The notes below the pieces were generated by a model. That model worked only from the letters and a program-made list of their open reading frames with translations. It had not been told where the DNA came from and did no database searches. A stretch of DNA of 64,000 bases, from positions 6,928 through 70,927 of the forward strand of contig JAADCZ010000144.1 of NCBI GenBank assembly GCA_013154175.1. Direction: 5' to 3'. This document shows positions 26,819-37,524 of the stretch, piece after piece (within the stretch, counting starts at the first letter, position 1; every line of letters starts with the position of its first letter). This stretch comes from Thermodesulfobacteriota bacterium. Lineage in GTDB: Bacteria > Desulfobacterota > Dissulfuribacteria > Dissulfuribacterales > QOAL01. Position numbers and translations under genes: made by a program.

Positions 26819-28531
26819 ATGAGATATTCAAAATTTTTCATTCCCACACTAAAGGAAGTGCCGGCAGAGGCGGAGATTGCATCCCACAAGTTGATGCTAA
26901 GGGCTGGCATGATACGCAAGATTGCCTCTGGGCTCTATACCTACCTGCCCCTTGGTCTTAGAGCCATCAGGAAGGTGGAGAACATAGTGCGTCAGGAAAT
27001 GAACAGGTCTGGCGCTGTGGAGCTTCTCATGCCCCTTGTCCAACCAGCGGAGCTGTGGAAGGAAAGTGGCAGGTGGGACCATTACGGCAAGGAACTCCTT
27101 AGATTCAAGGATAGACATGGAAGGGATTTTTGTCTTGGACCAACCCATGAGGAGGTGATAACAGACCTCATAAGGAAGCACATCCGTTCCTATAGGGATT
27201 TGCCACTGAATCTGTATCAGATTCAAACCAAGTTCAGGGATGAGATAAGGCCCCGTTTTGGCCTCATGAGGGCCAGGGAATTCATCATGAAGGATGCCTA
27301 CAGCTTTTCCGCCACCGAGGAGTCCCTGGATGAGATCTACCAGACCATGTACAAGACCTATTGCCGGATTTTTGAGCGCTGTGGGCTCGATTTTCGGCCA
27401 GTCGAGGCAGACACAGGCAGCATAGGCGGTCATGCATCCCATGAATTCATGGTCCTGGCGGATACAGGCGAAGACGACATCGCATGCTGTACGAAGTGCA
27501 ACTATGCAGCCAACACCGAGCTGGCAGAAGTGAAGAAGCTGCAGCAGCAGGAGCCCTTTGCCCCTGGGTCCGAGGCCTTGAAGAAGGTATCCACTCCTGG
27601 CAGAAAGACAGTCGAGGAAGTAACAGAATTTCTCAACAAGAAGGCCAATGATCTCATAAAGACCTTGATTTTCCTTGCAGACGAAAAACCAGTTGCAGCC
27701 CTGGTCCGGGGTGACCATGAAATCAACGAGGTAAAGCTGAAGAAGGTCCTTGGTGCAGAGGAGCTGGAAATGGCAGGGGCTGAAACCGTGGAGGCCCTTA
27801 CTGGTGCACCAGTAGGTTTTGCCGGGCCCCTTGGACTACCTGATGATGTGAAGGTGGTTGCGGATCACTCGGTTGCCTACATGAAGGATTTTGTGGCCGG
27901 GGCCAATGAAAAGGATGCCCACTATACTGGTCTTAACTGGAAGCGGGACCTCGACGTGGTTAGCACCCATGACATCCGGGTGATAACCGAGGCTGATCCA
28001 TGCCCAAGGTGCGGCGCACCCATCGAGATAAAAAGGGGCATAGAGGTAGGTCACATCTTCAAGCTTGGAACAAAGTATAGTGAGGCAATGGGGGCAACAT
28101 TCCTTGACAGCAACGGCAAGGAAAAGCCCATCATAATGGGCTGTTATGGAATTGGCATAGGAAGGACGGTAGCCGCTGCCATCGAGCAGAATCACGATGA
28201 GCGGGGAATCATCTTTCCCGTTCCCATAGCGCCCTTCGAGGTTATCATCTCTCTTATCAATGTAAAGGATGAGAAGATGAGCCTCATTGCCAAAAAGCTT
28301 TATGACACCCTTTTTGAAAATGGCATCGAGGTCCTCTTTGACGACAGGAATGAAAGGCCAGGGGTAAAATTCAAGGATTCCGAGCTGATCGGGATACCCT
28401 TCAGGGTCACCGTTGGCAAGAAGGCCGTGGAAGAGGGCGTGGTTGAGGTCACGGACAGGCGTACAATGAAGACTGAGCTTGTGGCCAAGGAGGATGTGCT
28501 TCAACGATTAGTGTCTGTCTTACATGATTAG
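26819..28531 (+). CDS. proS: Prolyl-tRNA synthetase (bacterial type with editing insertion)
   Basis: ProS similarity runs the full length ([56 protein letters not shown]). Confidence 0.95.
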   Translation: MRYSKFFIPTLKEVPAEAEIASHKLMLRAGMIRKIASGLYTYLPLGLRAIRKVENIVRQEMNRSGAVELLMPLVQPAELWKESGRWDHYGKELLRFKDRHGRDFCLGPTHEEVITDLIRKHIRSYRDLPLNLYQIQTKFRDEIRPRFGLMRAREFIMKDAYSFSATEESLDEIYQTMYKTYCRIFERCGLDFRPVEADTGSIGGHASHEFMVLADTGEDDIACCTKCNYAANTELAEVKKLQQQEPFAPGSEALKKVSTPGRKTVEEVTEFLNKKANDLIKTLIFLADEKPVAALVRGDHEINEVKLKKVLGAEELEMAGAETVEALTGAPVGFAGPLGLPDDVKVVADHSVAYMKDFVAGANEKDAHYTGLNWKRDLDVVSTHDIRVITEADPCPRCGAPIEIKRGIEVGHIFKLGTKYSEAMGATFLDSNGKEKPIIMGCYGIGIGRTVAAAIEQNHDERGIIFPVPIAPFEVIISLINVKDEKMSLIAKKLYDTLFENGIEVLFDDRNERPGVKFKDSELIGIPFRVTVGKKAVEEGVVEVTDRRTMKTELVAKEDVLQRLVSVLHD

Positions 28532-30671
28532 AATCAACGACATCCTGGACCAGATCCACACCTATATGCCAGACGCGGATACGAGTCTGGTAGAGAAGGC
28601 CTACGTCTATTCCGCCAAGGTCCATGCAGGCCAGATGCGCCTTTCAGGGGAGCCCTATCTCTCTCACCCCCTGGCAGTTGCTTACATACTCGCCCAGCAA
28701 AAGCTGGATCTTTCAAGCATAACCGCAGGGCTCCTTCACGATGCAGTGGAGGATACCCTCTCCACAATAGAAGAGATCGAGGAGATGTTTGGCCCGGATG
28801 TGGCCAGGATAGTGGATGGCGTCACCAAGATCAGCCAGATCCGCTTTCAGAGCAAGATAGAAAAGCAGGCAGAAAACATCCGGAAGATGATCCTGGCCAT
28901 GTCAAAGGACATCAGGGTCCTCTTGGTGAAACTGGCAGATCGTCTCCACAACATGCGCACCCTTCAATATCAGAAGGAGCGGAAGAGGGTAAAGATTGCC
29001 AGGGAGACCCTGGACATCTACGCACCCCTGGCAAGCCGGCTGGGAATCGACTGGATTAAAAGGGAACTGGAGGACTTGGCCTTTCGTTACCTGTATCCAG
29101 AGGAGTATGAGGAACTCAAACAAGAGGTTGAGGCAAGACTTGGGGAGCGCAAGGCCTATGTTGAGGAGGTGAAGGAAATCATCTCCAAGAAGATGGCCGA
29201 ATATGGTCTATCTTGCCGCGTCCTTGGCAGGCCAAAGCATCTTTACTCCATTTTCCGCAAGATGCGCAGGCGTAATGTCAGCCTGGATGAAATATATGAT
29301 CTCATTGCCTTCAGGATCATCCTAAAGACGGTAACCGAGTGCTACGAGGCCCTTGGGATCGTCCACTCCCTTTGGAAGCCGGTTCCAGGCCGTTTTAAGG
29401 ACTATATTTCCCTTCCAAAGGCAAACATGTACCAGTCTCTTCACACCACTGTCATAGGCCCCTATGGCGAGCGCATGGAGATTCAGATACGAACAGAAGA
29501 GATGGACAAGGTTGCCACCGAGGGTATCGCTGCCCACTGGCTCTACAAGGAGGGCAAGGTCCTCAAAAAGGATCAGCAGCGGCAGTTCGAGTGGCTCAAG
29601 CGGCTAATGGAGTGGCAAAAGGAGCTCGAGGACCCAAGGGAATTTCTCGAGTCTGTGCGAATGGACCTCTTTCCAGATGAGGTGTACGTGCTCACTCCAA
29701 ATGGGGAGATAAAGGAATTCCCAATGGGGGCAACCCCCATAGATTTTGCCTATTCCATCCATACAGAGGTGGGTCACCACTGTGCCGGGGCAAAGGTGAA
29801 TGGCAAAATGGTGCCCCTGAAGTATCAGCTCCAGAATGGGGACGTTGTCGAAATTATCACCTCCAAGCACCACAAGCCTAGTCGCGACTGGCTAAAGATT
29901 GCCAGGACCAGCCGTGCCCGTGCCAGGATTCGCCAGTGGATTAAGACCGAGGAACGTGAAAAGAGCCTTGCCCTTGGAAAGGATCTGTGCAACAGGGAGT
30001 TCAAGAAGCACAGGTTGGATTTTGCGGAATTTCTAAAGGAAGACGCAGAAGAGGTGGCCAAGTCCCTTTCCTTCAAGACTGTTGACGACATGTTAATAGC
30101 CGCTGGTTATGGCAAGATATCGCCATCCCAGATTGTAGGAAAATATGTAAAGCTCAAACATGTAGAAGACGTTGAGGAGCTGCTGGAACAGGATAGCGCC
30201 GGGGCATCCAAGCAAAAGAAACCCCAGAGTGAGGGCATCCAGATCCAGGGCCATGACGACATCATGATTCATCTCGCCAAGTGTTGCACACCTGTGCCTG
30301 GAGATGAGGTGATTGGTTATATCACCAGGGGCAGGGGGGTTACAATCCACAGGGAAGACTGTCCAAATGTGAGTTCACTCGAGCCAGACAGAAAGATAGA
30401 GGTCACCTGGACCACTGACGATGATGTCAACTACCCTGTGATGTTGAACGTGGTAACCGCAGATGAAAAGGGCATGTTGGCAGCGGTGAGCAATGCCATT
30501 AGTGCAGCAGAGGCAAACATCCTCGAGGCTAAGGTGTACACCACACCAGATCACAGTGCCCACTTCACCTTCCTTGCCGAGGTGAGGGACAGCGGCCATC
30601 TTAAAAAGGTTATTTCCGGGATAAAGAAGGTTAACGGAGTGATGAGGGTAGACAGACAGGCGTCTGTCTAA
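28524..30671 (+). CDS. rel: Bifunctional (p)ppGpp synthetase/hydrolase (RelA/SpoT homologue)
   Basis: It has an HD hydrolase domain (HPLAVAYIL...LLHDAVEDT), a synthetase domain (YSIFRKM...DLIAFRII...YQSLHT), TGS and a C-terminal ACT. It overlaps the proS stop by 8 nt. Confidence 0.9.
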   Translation: MIRINDILDQIHTYMPDADTSLVEKAYVYSAKVHAGQMRLSGEPYLSHPLAVAYILAQQKLDLSSITAGLLHDAVEDTLSTIEEIEEMFGPDVARIVDGVTKISQIRFQSKIEKQAENIRKMILAMSKDIRVLLVKLADRLHNMRTLQYQKERKRVKIARETLDIYAPLASRLGIDWIKRELEDLAFRYLYPEEYEELKQEVEARLGERKAYVEEVKEIISKKMAEYGLSCRVLGRPKHLYSIFRKMRRRNVSLDEIYDLIAFRIILKTVTECYEALGIVHSLWKPVPGRFKDYISLPKANMYQSLHTTVIGPYGERMEIQIRTEEMDKVATEGIAAHWLYKEGKVLKKDQQRQFEWLKRLMEWQKELEDPREFLESVRMDLFPDEVYVLTPNGEIKEFPMGATPIDFAYSIHTEVGHHCAGAKVNGKMVPLKYQLQNGDVVEIITSKHHKPSRDWLKIARTSRARARIRQWIKTEEREKSLALGKDLCNREFKKHRLDFAEFLKEDAEEVAKSLSFKTVDDMLIAAGYGKISPSQIVGKYVKLKHVEDVEELLEQDSAGASKQKKPQSEGIQIQGHDDIMIHLAKCCTPVPGDEVIGYITRGRGVTIHREDCPNVSSLEPDRKIEVTWTTDDDVNYPVMLNVVTADEKGMLAAVSNAISAAEANILEAKVYTTPDHSAHFTFLAEVRDSGHLKKVISGIKKVNGVMRVDRQASV

Positions 30672-30729
30672 CCCCCTAATTCAATTCTGGAAATTAATGG
30701 GCTGGTAGCAAGGTTGTCAGGCCTTTTAC

Positions 30730-30936
30730 TTAGGCCTTGGTTCTGATTGCTGGTTTTTCAATCTTGCCAGAGCGGATACACCTGGTGCACACCCGCATAC
30801 GCCTTGTTTCGCCATTGACATTCACCCTGACCCTCTGAAGGTTGGGGAGCCAACGCCTCTTGGTGTGGTTATTCGCATGGCTGACATTACAGCCTGTCAT
30901 GGGACCTTTTTTACATATTTCGCAGACCTTAGCCAT
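30730..30936 (-). CDS. rpmB: 50S ribosomal protein L28
   Basis: [34 protein letters not shown] is a canonical L28 sequence. A GAGAGGT RBS precedes the internal ATG, so the longer 130-aa ORF is an artefactual extension. Confidence 0.9.
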   Translation of the reverse strand: MAKVCEICKKGPMTGCNVSHANNHTKRRWLPNLQRVRVNVNGETRRMRVCTRCIRSGKIEKPAIRTKA

Positions 30937-31072
30937 TGGATTGACCTCTCGATTTTGATTATTTCCGTAAAAACAAGCCCCAACTTTATACTCCCTCAAT
31001 GTTAAAGTTTCAAGGGGAAAGGGTCGAATAAATAGGCAAGAGACACATGGACGTTGTCTTGAGGAGTAATTG

Positions 31073-31420
31073 ATGAAAATGAAAGACAAGAGAAGACAAC
31101 CACGCCATCCAGTGATACTCAAGGTTGATTATCGGGACGTAAATAAGTTTTTTACGGATTTTGCTGAGAACTTGAGTGCTGGAGGTATGTTCATAGCCAC
31201 ACGGAAACCCCTGCCACCTGGTTCCACAATAGTTGTGGAGTTCATGTTGCCAGATACCTCCTTGAAGGTGAGAACCAGGGCCGAAGTGATGTGGGCAAGA
31301 AAAGATGCCTCGTCAACAGGTGAAAAACGGGGGATGGGTGTGAGGTTTTCTGATCTTAGTAGTGAAGACAAGAAAAAGATAGACCTTCTGGTTTCTAGAT
31401 TACGGGAAGGGGTCATCTAG
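31073..31420 (+). CDS. PilZ domain protein (c-di-GMP-binding type)
   Basis: It has RRQPRHP (RxxxR) and NLSAGGMF (D/NxSxxG) motifs. A GAGGAG RBS lies 6 nt upstream of the ATG at 31073. Confidence 0.75.
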   Translation: MKMKDKRRQPRHPVILKVDYRDVNKFFTDFAENLSAGGMFIATRKPLPPGSTIVVEFMLPDTSLKVRTRAEVMWARKDASSTGEKRGMGVRFSDLSSEDKKKIDLLVSRLREGVI

Positions 31421-31436
31421 ATTTCTTGGAGAATTA

Positions 31437-32501
31437 TCACAGAATCAACATCGCATCTCCATAACTGAAAAAGCGGTACCCTTTCTTGATTGCCTCTTCA
31501 TAGACAGAAAGAATCCTTTTCCTTCCAACGAAAGCGCTGACGAGTACCAGTAGTGACGAGCATGGAAGATGAAAGTTGGTAACCATGCCATCCACTACAC
31601 TGAACTCGAAGCCCGGGTAGATGTATAGCCTGCATTGCCCCGAATAGGCGCACACCTTGCCTGTTTCCTTGAAAACATGTTCAAGGGTTCGTACCGATGT
31701 GGTTCCTACTGCGATGACCCGGCCCCCCTCTTTCTTGGTCTCGTTGATTATGGAGGCGGTTTCCTCTGGCATATTCACCCATTCGCTGTGGATTCGATGA
31801 AGGCGTATATCTTCAGATCTTATGGGGGAAAAGGTGCCGTAGCCCACATGAAGTGTTACCGGAGCGATTTTTACTCCCTTTTGGGCAAGGGCTTCCATTG
31901 TCTCCTGATTGAAGTGGAGTCCGGCAGTTGGGGCTGCAACCGAACCCACATCCTTGGCATAGACCGTCTGGTACCTCACCCTGTCCAGGGGTTTTTCCGA
32001 CTCCCGTTTTATGTATGGGGGAAGGGGCATCCTACCTATCTCTTCGAGGATTTGGGTCAAGTCCCCATTGTAATGAAGTAAAAGCTCATATTGCCCGCCA
32101 GGGTCCCTGGCCGTGACCGAGACCTCGAGTAGGTCAGAAAAGGAAAGATGTTGTCCAACCTTCAGGGGTTTGGAGCTTTTTGCAAGGGCCCTCGCCCGTG
32201 CGACCCCGGCCCTTTCAGGGTCTGTCTTGGGAAATTCCAAAAGGAGCAGTTCCAGCTTGCCCCCTGTGGGTTTTCTGCCAAGGAGTCTTGCTGGAAAGAC
32301 CTTTGTCTTGTTTATGACGAGGCAATCCCCGGGTTTCAGGTATCGGACGATCTCCTTGAATCTGGCATGTGTAATGGTGTCATCCTGTCGGTTCAGGACA
32401 AGGAGTCTCGACTCCTCCCGCTTCTCCGAGGGTTCCTGGGCGATTAACTCTTCAGGTAGCTCATATTGGTAGGAAGATAGGAGAAAATCCTCATTCGTCA
32501 T
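31437..32501 (-). CDS. queA: S-adenosylmethionine:tRNA ribosyltransferase-isomerase QueA
   Basis: It has YQYELPEELIAQEP, SRLLVL, LPPYI, GLHF, TLHVG.GTF, VGTTS.R and YRFFSYGDAMLI. Its ATG overlaps the upstream stop (ATGA) at 32501. Confidence 0.9.
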   Translation of the reverse strand: MTNEDFLLSSYQYELPEELIAQEPSEKREESRLLVLNRQDDTITHARFKEIVRYLKPGDCLVINKTKVFPARLLGRKPTGGKLELLLLEFPKTDPERAGVARARALAKSSKPLKVGQHLSFSDLLEVSVTARDPGGQYELLLHYNGDLTQILEEIGRMPLPPYIKRESEKPLDRVRYQTVYAKDVGSVAAPTAGLHFNQETMEALAQKGVKIAPVTLHVGYGTFSPIRSEDIRLHRIHSEWVNMPEETASIINETKKEGGRVIAVGTTSVRTLEHVFKETGKVCAYSGQCRLYIYPGFEFSVVDGMVTNFHLPCSSLLVLVSAFVGRKRILSVYEEAIKKGYRFFSYGDAMLIL

Positions 32502-32698
32502 GAAAAGATTCCGGTCCTCCTGGCAAGGTAACAGAGGAGTAGGCCGGTGCACATTAGGAAGAAGCCTAGCCATCTGAGGCTCTCTGGGGGCATCTCTTGG
32601 ATTTGGGCGAGAAATGCCTTCATCTTTTCAGGAAAGGCAAAGTAAGGCAGACCTTCAACAACCATAATAAGCCCAATGACAGTTACAAAAAGTTTCAT
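32498..32698 (-). CDS. DUF2065 family small membrane protein
   Basis: This is a 66-aa two-TM protein. IGLIMVVEGLPYFAFPEKMK is typical of DUF2065, and a GGAGAA RBS lies upstream. Confidence 0.6.
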   Translation of the reverse strand: MKLFVTVIGLIMVVEGLPYFAFPEKMKAFLAQIQEMPPESLRWLGFFLMCTGLLLCYLARRTGIFS

Positions 32699-32779
32699 TT
32701 CTTTATTCTCCTGACTTTTCCAGACGGCTTAAAAATAATCCCTAAAAACTTTTCGGCAACTACTTAAGGTCAAGAGGGG

Positions 32780-33646
32780 TCAATTTGTGGAAATGAGTCC
32801 GGGTATGTTGTTGCGGGAAAGCTCGCGCCTGATGCCAAAGCGTGTCAGCACAAAGTCATATTTTACCGGATCATCAGGAGAGAGCTGCCTGAAGGCCTCA
32901 GTTATTTCCAAGGCAGTCTTCAGATTGGCCTGTTTCCTCGTTGTAAGGCCAAGTTGTTTGGAGATGTTGAACATGTGGGTGTCCAGGGGGATTATAAGAT
33001 CCTTTGGAAGGATGCATGTCCATCCACCAGGGTCCACGTCATCACTTCTAACCATCCATCTAAGGTAGAGAAAGAGCCTTTTGCAGGCACTCTTCTTTTG
33101 TGGATGTGGCAAGAGATAGGACTTTTCAAGGCCAGAAAGTTCGAGGACCTTGGTTACGAACCATGAAAGTTTCTGGATGGTGTTGGAGGCAGGGCCGTTG
33201 GTGCCAGAAGAGTCTGGGGCTGAGGCAAATGCTGCCTCTATTGAGCCATATCGTTCCAGTATGGCCTTGAGCCCTGTAAGGAAGGCAGCCATTTCCGCCC
33301 CCTTGGTAAAGCGGTAGCCAAAGTCGGAGAATGCAGCCTTTATCTGGTTTGGCGAATGGGTTTCAAGAAAGGCCCTTGGTTTCATTTCCATTTTTTTTAG
33401 GCAAATGGAAATGCTCTTTAGAATTTGCTCTACACGTCCATAGGCCAGGGCTGCACAGATAAGGCCAACAACCTCCCTTTCTGCCTTGTCGGGAAAGTCA
33501 TAGAGGAACTCCAAGGGGTCTGGATGTACAAACTCGCGCCTGTTGAACTTGGCATAAAGGGCCTCGAGGGCCTTGGTGAGATGGCTGTGCCTGTTTTGCA
33601 CACCCGGTTTAGGAGGCCTTTCCGCAACAAGACCCTGGCCCAGCAC
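32780..33646 (-). CDS. TIGR02757/DUF2400 family protein
   Basis: It has FVHPDPLEF...REVVGLICAALAYGRVEQI and a family-like length. The start is ambiguous: GTG at 33646 overlaps the upstream gene by 38 nt, and GTG at 33603 is the alternative. Confidence 0.6.
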   Translation of the reverse strand: MLGQGLVAERPPKPGVQNRHSHLTKALEALYAKFNRREFVHPDPLEFLYDFPDKAEREVVGLICAALAYGRVEQILKSISICLKKMEMKPRAFLETHSPNQIKAAFSDFGYRFTKGAEMAAFLTGLKAILERYGSIEAAFASAPDSSGTNGPASNTIQKLSWFVTKVLELSGLEKSYLLPHPQKKSACKRLFLYLRWMVRSDDVDPGGWTCILPKDLIIPLDTHMFNISKQLGLTTRKQANLKTALEITEAFRQLSPDDPVKYDFVLTRFGIRRELSRNNIPGLISTN

Positions 33647-33860
33647 ACCCAGGGGCCATGCCTGGCCTGGAGCCGCAGCAACCCGTGTCGCCTGGCCCAG
33701 GCATTGATGAGGGGCTATGGCCCGTGAGTGAAGACGTTGCTGACATCAGTTTCTTGAGCTCTTTTGAGCCACACTTTGGGCAAACGGGTGTCACCGATGA
33801 AAATACAAGAATTTCACTAACTTCCTTGCACTCTTGGCACTCGTACTCATAGATGGGCAT
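33609..33860 (-). CDS. FmdB-family zinc-ribbon protein with Cys/Gly-rich tail
   Basis: It has MPIYEYECQEC...CPKCGS (CxxC...CxxC). The tail is GCCGSRPGMAPGCAGPGSCCGK. Confidence 0.75.
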   Translation of the reverse strand: MPIYEYECQECKEVSEILVFSSVTPVCPKCGSKELKKLMSATSSLTGHSPSSMPGPGDTGCCGSRPGMAPGCAGPGSCCGKAS

Positions 33861-33887
33861 TGCTAAGAAACTCCATGCTAAAGATGT

Positions 33888-34262
33888 TTAATGGGCACAC
33901 TTGTGACCATGACCATGGCCCTCGCCATGGCCGGAGCAAGTCGGACCAGTGGCACCCTGAAGATTTCCTGCCACAAATGCCTCAACAATCTTGGCAGGAT
34001 CCTCCGGGGCGATACCTGCAATGACTTCTATGCCTGCCTGATTCAGGAGCTCAACTGCCCTGGCACCGATGCCTCCGCAAATTACATGGCTAACCCCAAG
34101 CTCCTTGAGCCATCTTGGAAGGACTCCAGGCTCGTGGGGTGGCGGGGTTTCAATGGAACTCCCCTTTATGGAGCCATTTTCTATCTCTACAATTGCAAAT
34201 TGAGGGGCATGGCCGAAATGGCTGCAAAGAAGCCCGTTTTCCACTGGAATTGCTACTTTCAT
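33888..34262 (-). CDS. NifB/NifX-like (dinitrogenase FeMo-cofactor-binding fold) protein with His-rich tail
   Basis: It has MKVAIPVENG...HFGHAPQFAIVE...VICGGIGARA. The C-terminal tail is GHGEGHGHGHKCAH. An AAGGAGGA RBS lies upstream, and the ATG abuts the upstream stop. Confidence 0.75.
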   Translation of the reverse strand: MKVAIPVENGLLCSHFGHAPQFAIVEIENGSIKGSSIETPPPHEPGVLPRWLKELGVSHVICGGIGARAVELLNQAGIEVIAGIAPEDPAKIVEAFVAGNLQGATGPTCSGHGEGHGHGHKCAH

Positions 34263-35152
34263 GACTTTTCTTCCTCCTTGGCCTTTTCTTCCTTTTTCTT
34301 CAAGGCCATTTGTTGGGTCACGTTGATCACATTTTGGCACAATTTCTCAAAGGCCTCTGCTGTGTGACTGTTGGGATACATGGCCATAATTGGCTTGCCA
34401 GCATCACCTGTGGTCACAATCCTCGGATCAACTGGAATCTTGCCCAGGAATGGGATACCAGTTTCCTCTGCAAGTTTTTCACCTCCACCGCGCTTGAACA
34501 CGTCAATGGCCTTGCCGCAATGTGGGCAGATCATGCCACTCATGTTTTCCACTATTCCGATGATGGGCATTCCAACCTTCTTGCAAAAGGAGATTGACTT
34601 TCTCACGTCGAGGAGGGCAACCTCCTGGGGCGTGGTTACCACAATGGCGTATGCATCTGGAATGGTCTGGGCCACTGTCATCTGTTCGTCACCAGTGCCT
34701 GGAGGTGCGTCGATGACGAGATAGTCGAGATCTCCCCATTCGATATCGTATATGAACTGCCTGATTGCAGACATCTTCATTGGCCCCCTCCACATTACTG
34801 CAGAGTCCTTTTCAGGAAGAAGGGGTTCAACAGACATGAATTTCAGGTTTGGCGAGTAATAGACCGGTCCAACCGTACCGTCTGGGCGCCGCTGCAGCTC
34901 GCCCCTTTCGAGTCCGAGCATCTTGGGGACGTTTGGCCCGTGAATGTCCACATCGAGAAGCCCTACGTAGAAATTCTGCAATGAAAGTCCCACTGCGAGA
35001 TTGATGGAGACGGTGCTCTTTCCGACGCCGCCCTTGCCACTCATGACCATGATTTTGTGCTCTATCTTGGAGAGCTTTGCCCTTATCTTTTCGTCCTGTT
35101 CGTCTAGAACTGGGTTTGCCTTTTTTTCTTGGTCTTTTTGTACCTGGCTCAC
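34259..35152 (-). CDS. mrp: Mrp/NBP35/ApbC-family Fe-S cluster carrier ATPase
   Basis: It has a deviant Walker A SGKGGVGKST, DAPPGTGDE and the cluster-bridging motif CPHCG. Confidence 0.85.
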   Translation of the reverse strand: MSQVQKDQEKKANPVLDEQDEKIRAKLSKIEHKIMVMSGKGGVGKSTVSINLAVGLSLQNFYVGLLDVDIHGPNVPKMLGLERGELQRRPDGTVGPVYYSPNLKFMSVEPLLPEKDSAVMWRGPMKMSAIRQFIYDIEWGDLDYLVIDAPPGTGDEQMTVAQTIPDAYAIVVTTPQEVALLDVRKSISFCKKVGMPIIGIVENMSGMICPHCGKAIDVFKRGGGEKLAEETGIPFLGKIPVDPRIVTTGDAGKPIMAMYPNSHTAEAFEKLCQNVINVTQQMALKKKEEKAKEEEKS

Positions 35153-36027
35153 TTATTTTCCTCCTGTAGGATTTTTTCGATTTGCTGCCAGATATTTGCT
35201 ATACTTTGCGCCGCCTTGCAATCTTTAAATTCAATTACCGTCTTTTTGGCAATAAGGGCATTTATAACTTCCTCGTCAAAGGGAATCCGACCAAAAAGGG
35301 GAAGTCCCTTGGTCTGGCAAAAATCTTCGATTGATTCGGACATCTCTGGATTCAAGTCCCATTTGTTTATGACAACTCCAATGGGAACCTTGAAATGGGT
35401 GGCCAGCTGTACCACTCTTTCCAGGTCGTGGAGTCCGGATTTGGTGGGTTCGGTGACGGCAAGGACCATGTTCGCACCAGAAAAGGAGGATATTACAGGG
35501 CAGCCGATTCCTGGGGGGCCATCCACCAGGATGAAGTTGGCCTTTGCCTCGTCTGCCATTTTTCTGGCCTGTTGCTTCACTAGGGAAACCAGTTTGCCGG
35601 AATTTTCCTCCCCTGGCATGAGTTCCGCATGGACCATTGGGCCAAAGCGGGTTTTGGACACATACCAGTAACCACAGTGATTGGGTTCAAGCTCTATGGC
35701 CTTTTCAGGGCAGAAGTGGGCACATACGCCACAGCCCTCGCAGGAAAAGTCATCCACCTTGGCTACATCGTCAAGTTCAATGGCCTCGTATCTGCAGATC
35801 TCGTAACAGGTTCCGCAGCCGGTGCAGAGCTCTGGATTGATAACGGCCTTGACACCAGAGACGAAGTCGTTTTTTTCAGAAGATTCTGGGGCCAGGATTA
35901 TGTGCAGATCTGCCGCATCGACGTCGCAATCTGCCAGGAATTTATTCTTGCAAAGACTCGCCAAGGCCCCGGTGATGGTGGTCTTTCCCGTTCCCCCTTT
36001 TCCACTAAGAATCAACAGTTCCTTCAC
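35149..36027 (-). CDS. MinD/ParA-superfamily P-loop ATPase with inserted 2x[4Fe-4S] ferredoxin domain
   Basis: It has Walker A SGKGGTGKTT and two Cys clusters, CTGCGTCYEIC and CEGCGVCAHFCP. Confidence 0.8.
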   Translation of the reverse strand: MKELLILSGKGGTGKTTITGALASLCKNKFLADCDVDAADLHIILAPESSEKNDFVSGVKAVINPELCTGCGTCYEICRYEAIELDDVAKVDDFSCEGCGVCAHFCPEKAIELEPNHCGYWYVSKTRFGPMVHAELMPGEENSGKLVSLVKQQARKMADEAKANFILVDGPPGIGCPVISSFSGANMVLAVTEPTKSGLHDLERVVQLATHFKVPIGVVINKWDLNPEMSESIEDFCQTKGLPLFGRIPFDEEVINALIAKKTVIEFKDCKAAQSIANIWQQIEKILQEENK

Positions 36028-36857
36028 TGTGAGATACCCTCTAAAATTTCCTGAAATTTTGGTTTGAGTTCTGGCATGAAAGTCACAAGGGGCTGGCCGG
36101 TGGCATAGGCCTCTGCAGCCTTTCTGCTAAAGGGAATCTCCATCAGCAAGGGCAAACCCTGCTCCTTACACCATTTGGCCACAGAGTCGTCCCCGAGCCC
36201 TGCCTTGTTGATTATGACGCCGGTTGGAAGGCCGAGCTTTAAGATTGTTGCTGCAGCAAGCTGCAGGTCGTGCAGCCCAAAGGGAGTGGATTCGGCAACG
36301 AGTATCACATAATCTGCGTCTCTAACTGTCTTTATCACAGGGCAAGAGGTGCCTGGAGGGGCATCGAATACAGACAGAGGTGTTTCCCACAGCTCGGCTT
36401 CCTTTTTTGTTTCCTTGATTAGCGGAGAAGACATTGCCTCTCCGACCCTGAGTTTTCCATGAAAAAATTTGATATTGCCTGTATCGCCCCACTCGATGAC
36501 GCCGAGGCTGCGCGAACCTTCTGTGATGGCTCCCTTGTCGCAGACCAGGAAACATCCCCCGCAGGAGTGGCACATATCGGGAAACGTCATGATGGTCTGT
36601 CCGAAGATCGTTATGGCGTTGAAGCTGCATATGTCCCGGCATTTTCCACAAAAGTCGCAACGACTTTGGTCGATCTCAGGAATGGTGAGATGAATCTCCC
36701 TGGAGCCTGTTATCTTGGGCTTTAGAAATATGTGACTATTTGGTTCCTCAACATCACAGTCGACAAAGGAGACCGGCCCCTTTGCAGAAAGGGCTATGCT
36801 AACGGCTACGGTTGTCTTGCCGGTACCACCCTTGCCGCTGGCAACTGCTATTTTCAT
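36024..36857 (-). CDS. MinD/ParA-superfamily P-loop ATPase with inserted 2x[4Fe-4S] ferredoxin domain (paralogue)
   Basis: It has Walker A SGKGGTGKTT and Cys clusters CDFCGKCRDIC and CHSCGGCFLVC. It overlaps the downstream paralogue by 4 nt. Confidence 0.8.
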   Translation of the reverse strand: MKIAVASGKGGTGKTTVAVSIALSAKGPVSFVDCDVEEPNSHIFLKPKITGSREIHLTIPEIDQSRCDFCGKCRDICSFNAITIFGQTIMTFPDMCHSCGGCFLVCDKGAITEGSRSLGVIEWGDTGNIKFFHGKLRVGEAMSSPLIKETKKEAELWETPLSVFDAPPGTSCPVIKTVRDADYVILVAESTPFGLHDLQLAAATILKLGLPTGVIINKAGLGDDSVAKWCKEQGLPLLMEIPFSRKAAEAYATGQPLVTFMPELKPKFQEILEGISQ

Positions 36858-37327
36858 TACCCATTACCCCTTTTTCCAGAACCACCACATTTGCAGCCTT
36901 TGCCTTTTCCTTTACCAGCACCGCCACCGCCACCACCTTGGTATCCTGTCCTCGGTGAAGGGGAGGAGGCATGGGCGTTACAGTCTGGTCCGTCGGAAAA
37001 GGTGTGATTTCCACTGATGAACTGGTCAATTACCTCTTCTACTGTGCCTTCCACTTCAGAGACGACCTTTATTCCAGCCGCCCGTAGGACGGCATAGGCC
37101 TTGGGGCCTACCCTGCCAGTCAGAACCACATCCACATCCGCCTGGGCAACAGAGGTTGCTGCATTTATACCTGCGCCGTGTGCAGCCTCCTGGGCTGCAC
37201 GATTATCGATTACCTCGAGGATTTTTTTCTCATCTGGATCTACGACCAAAAAATAACTTGTTCTACCAAATCTAGGATCAACTTGTGAGTCTAGGGTAGT
37301 GCCGGTTGAACTGACAGCTACTTTCAT
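36857..37327 (-). CDS. NifB/NifX-like domain protein with Gly/Lys/Cys-rich tail
   Basis: It has MKVAVSSTG...VDPRFGRTSYFLVVD...VLTGRVGPKA. The tail is GGGGGGAGKGKGKGCKCGGSGKRGNG. A GGAAGGGAG RBS precedes the ATG at 37327. Confidence 0.75.
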   Translation of the reverse strand: MKVAVSSTGTTLDSQVDPRFGRTSYFLVVDPDEKKILEVIDNRAAQEAAHGAGINAATSVAQADVDVVLTGRVGPKAYAVLRAAGIKVVSEVEGTVEEVIDQFISGNHTFSDGPDCNAHASSPSPRTGYQGGGGGGAGKGKGKGCKCGGSGKRGNG

Positions 37328-37386
37328 GATTTGAACTCCCTTCCTGCGATTATTGGCCAGCAATGATAAGCCCCTAGCCAATATGA

Positions 37387-37415
37387 AGATTATGCACCAC
37401 ATGAAAGACTGTCAA
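37387..37415 (-). promoter_or_regulatory. Putative sigma-70 promoter of the NifX-like/MinD/Mrp operon
   Basis: On the minus strand, TTGACA (37415-37410), a 17-nt spacer, then TAATCT (37392-37387), about 55 nt upstream of the ATG at 37327. Confidence 0.45.
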
Positions 37416-37524
37416 TGATTTTTTTGAGCGAATGACAAAAATTCTTGCACCTTTTGATTTTGTGCATAATGGTGCTATAAATGAATGTGAGCATTTGTAA
37501 AAAAATCCTAAAAGGAGGCTAACC

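Noticed and set aside
26897-27718. A 273-aa minus-strand ORF inside proS, and similar long antisense ORFs at 43100-43756, 11026-11772, 49517-49942, 56249-56908 and 58662-59246.
   Set aside because: Each lies wholly within a confidently identified gene on the other strand or frame. Each lacks an RBS and any recognisable motif.
30937-31122. An N-terminal extension of the rpmB ORF to 130 aa.
   Set aside because: L28 is about 60-70 aa. The canonical [10 protein letters not shown] start has its own RBS, and the extension overlaps the divergent PilZ gene and its promoter region.
37342-37360. A sigma-54-like TGGCC-AATAA-TCGCA on the minus strand just upstream of the NifX-like operon start.
   Set aside because: The GG-to-GC spacing is one nucleotide short of the invariant N10. 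The element would also place the TSS inside the RBS, and the TTGACA-N17-TAATCT promoter further upstream is a better fit.
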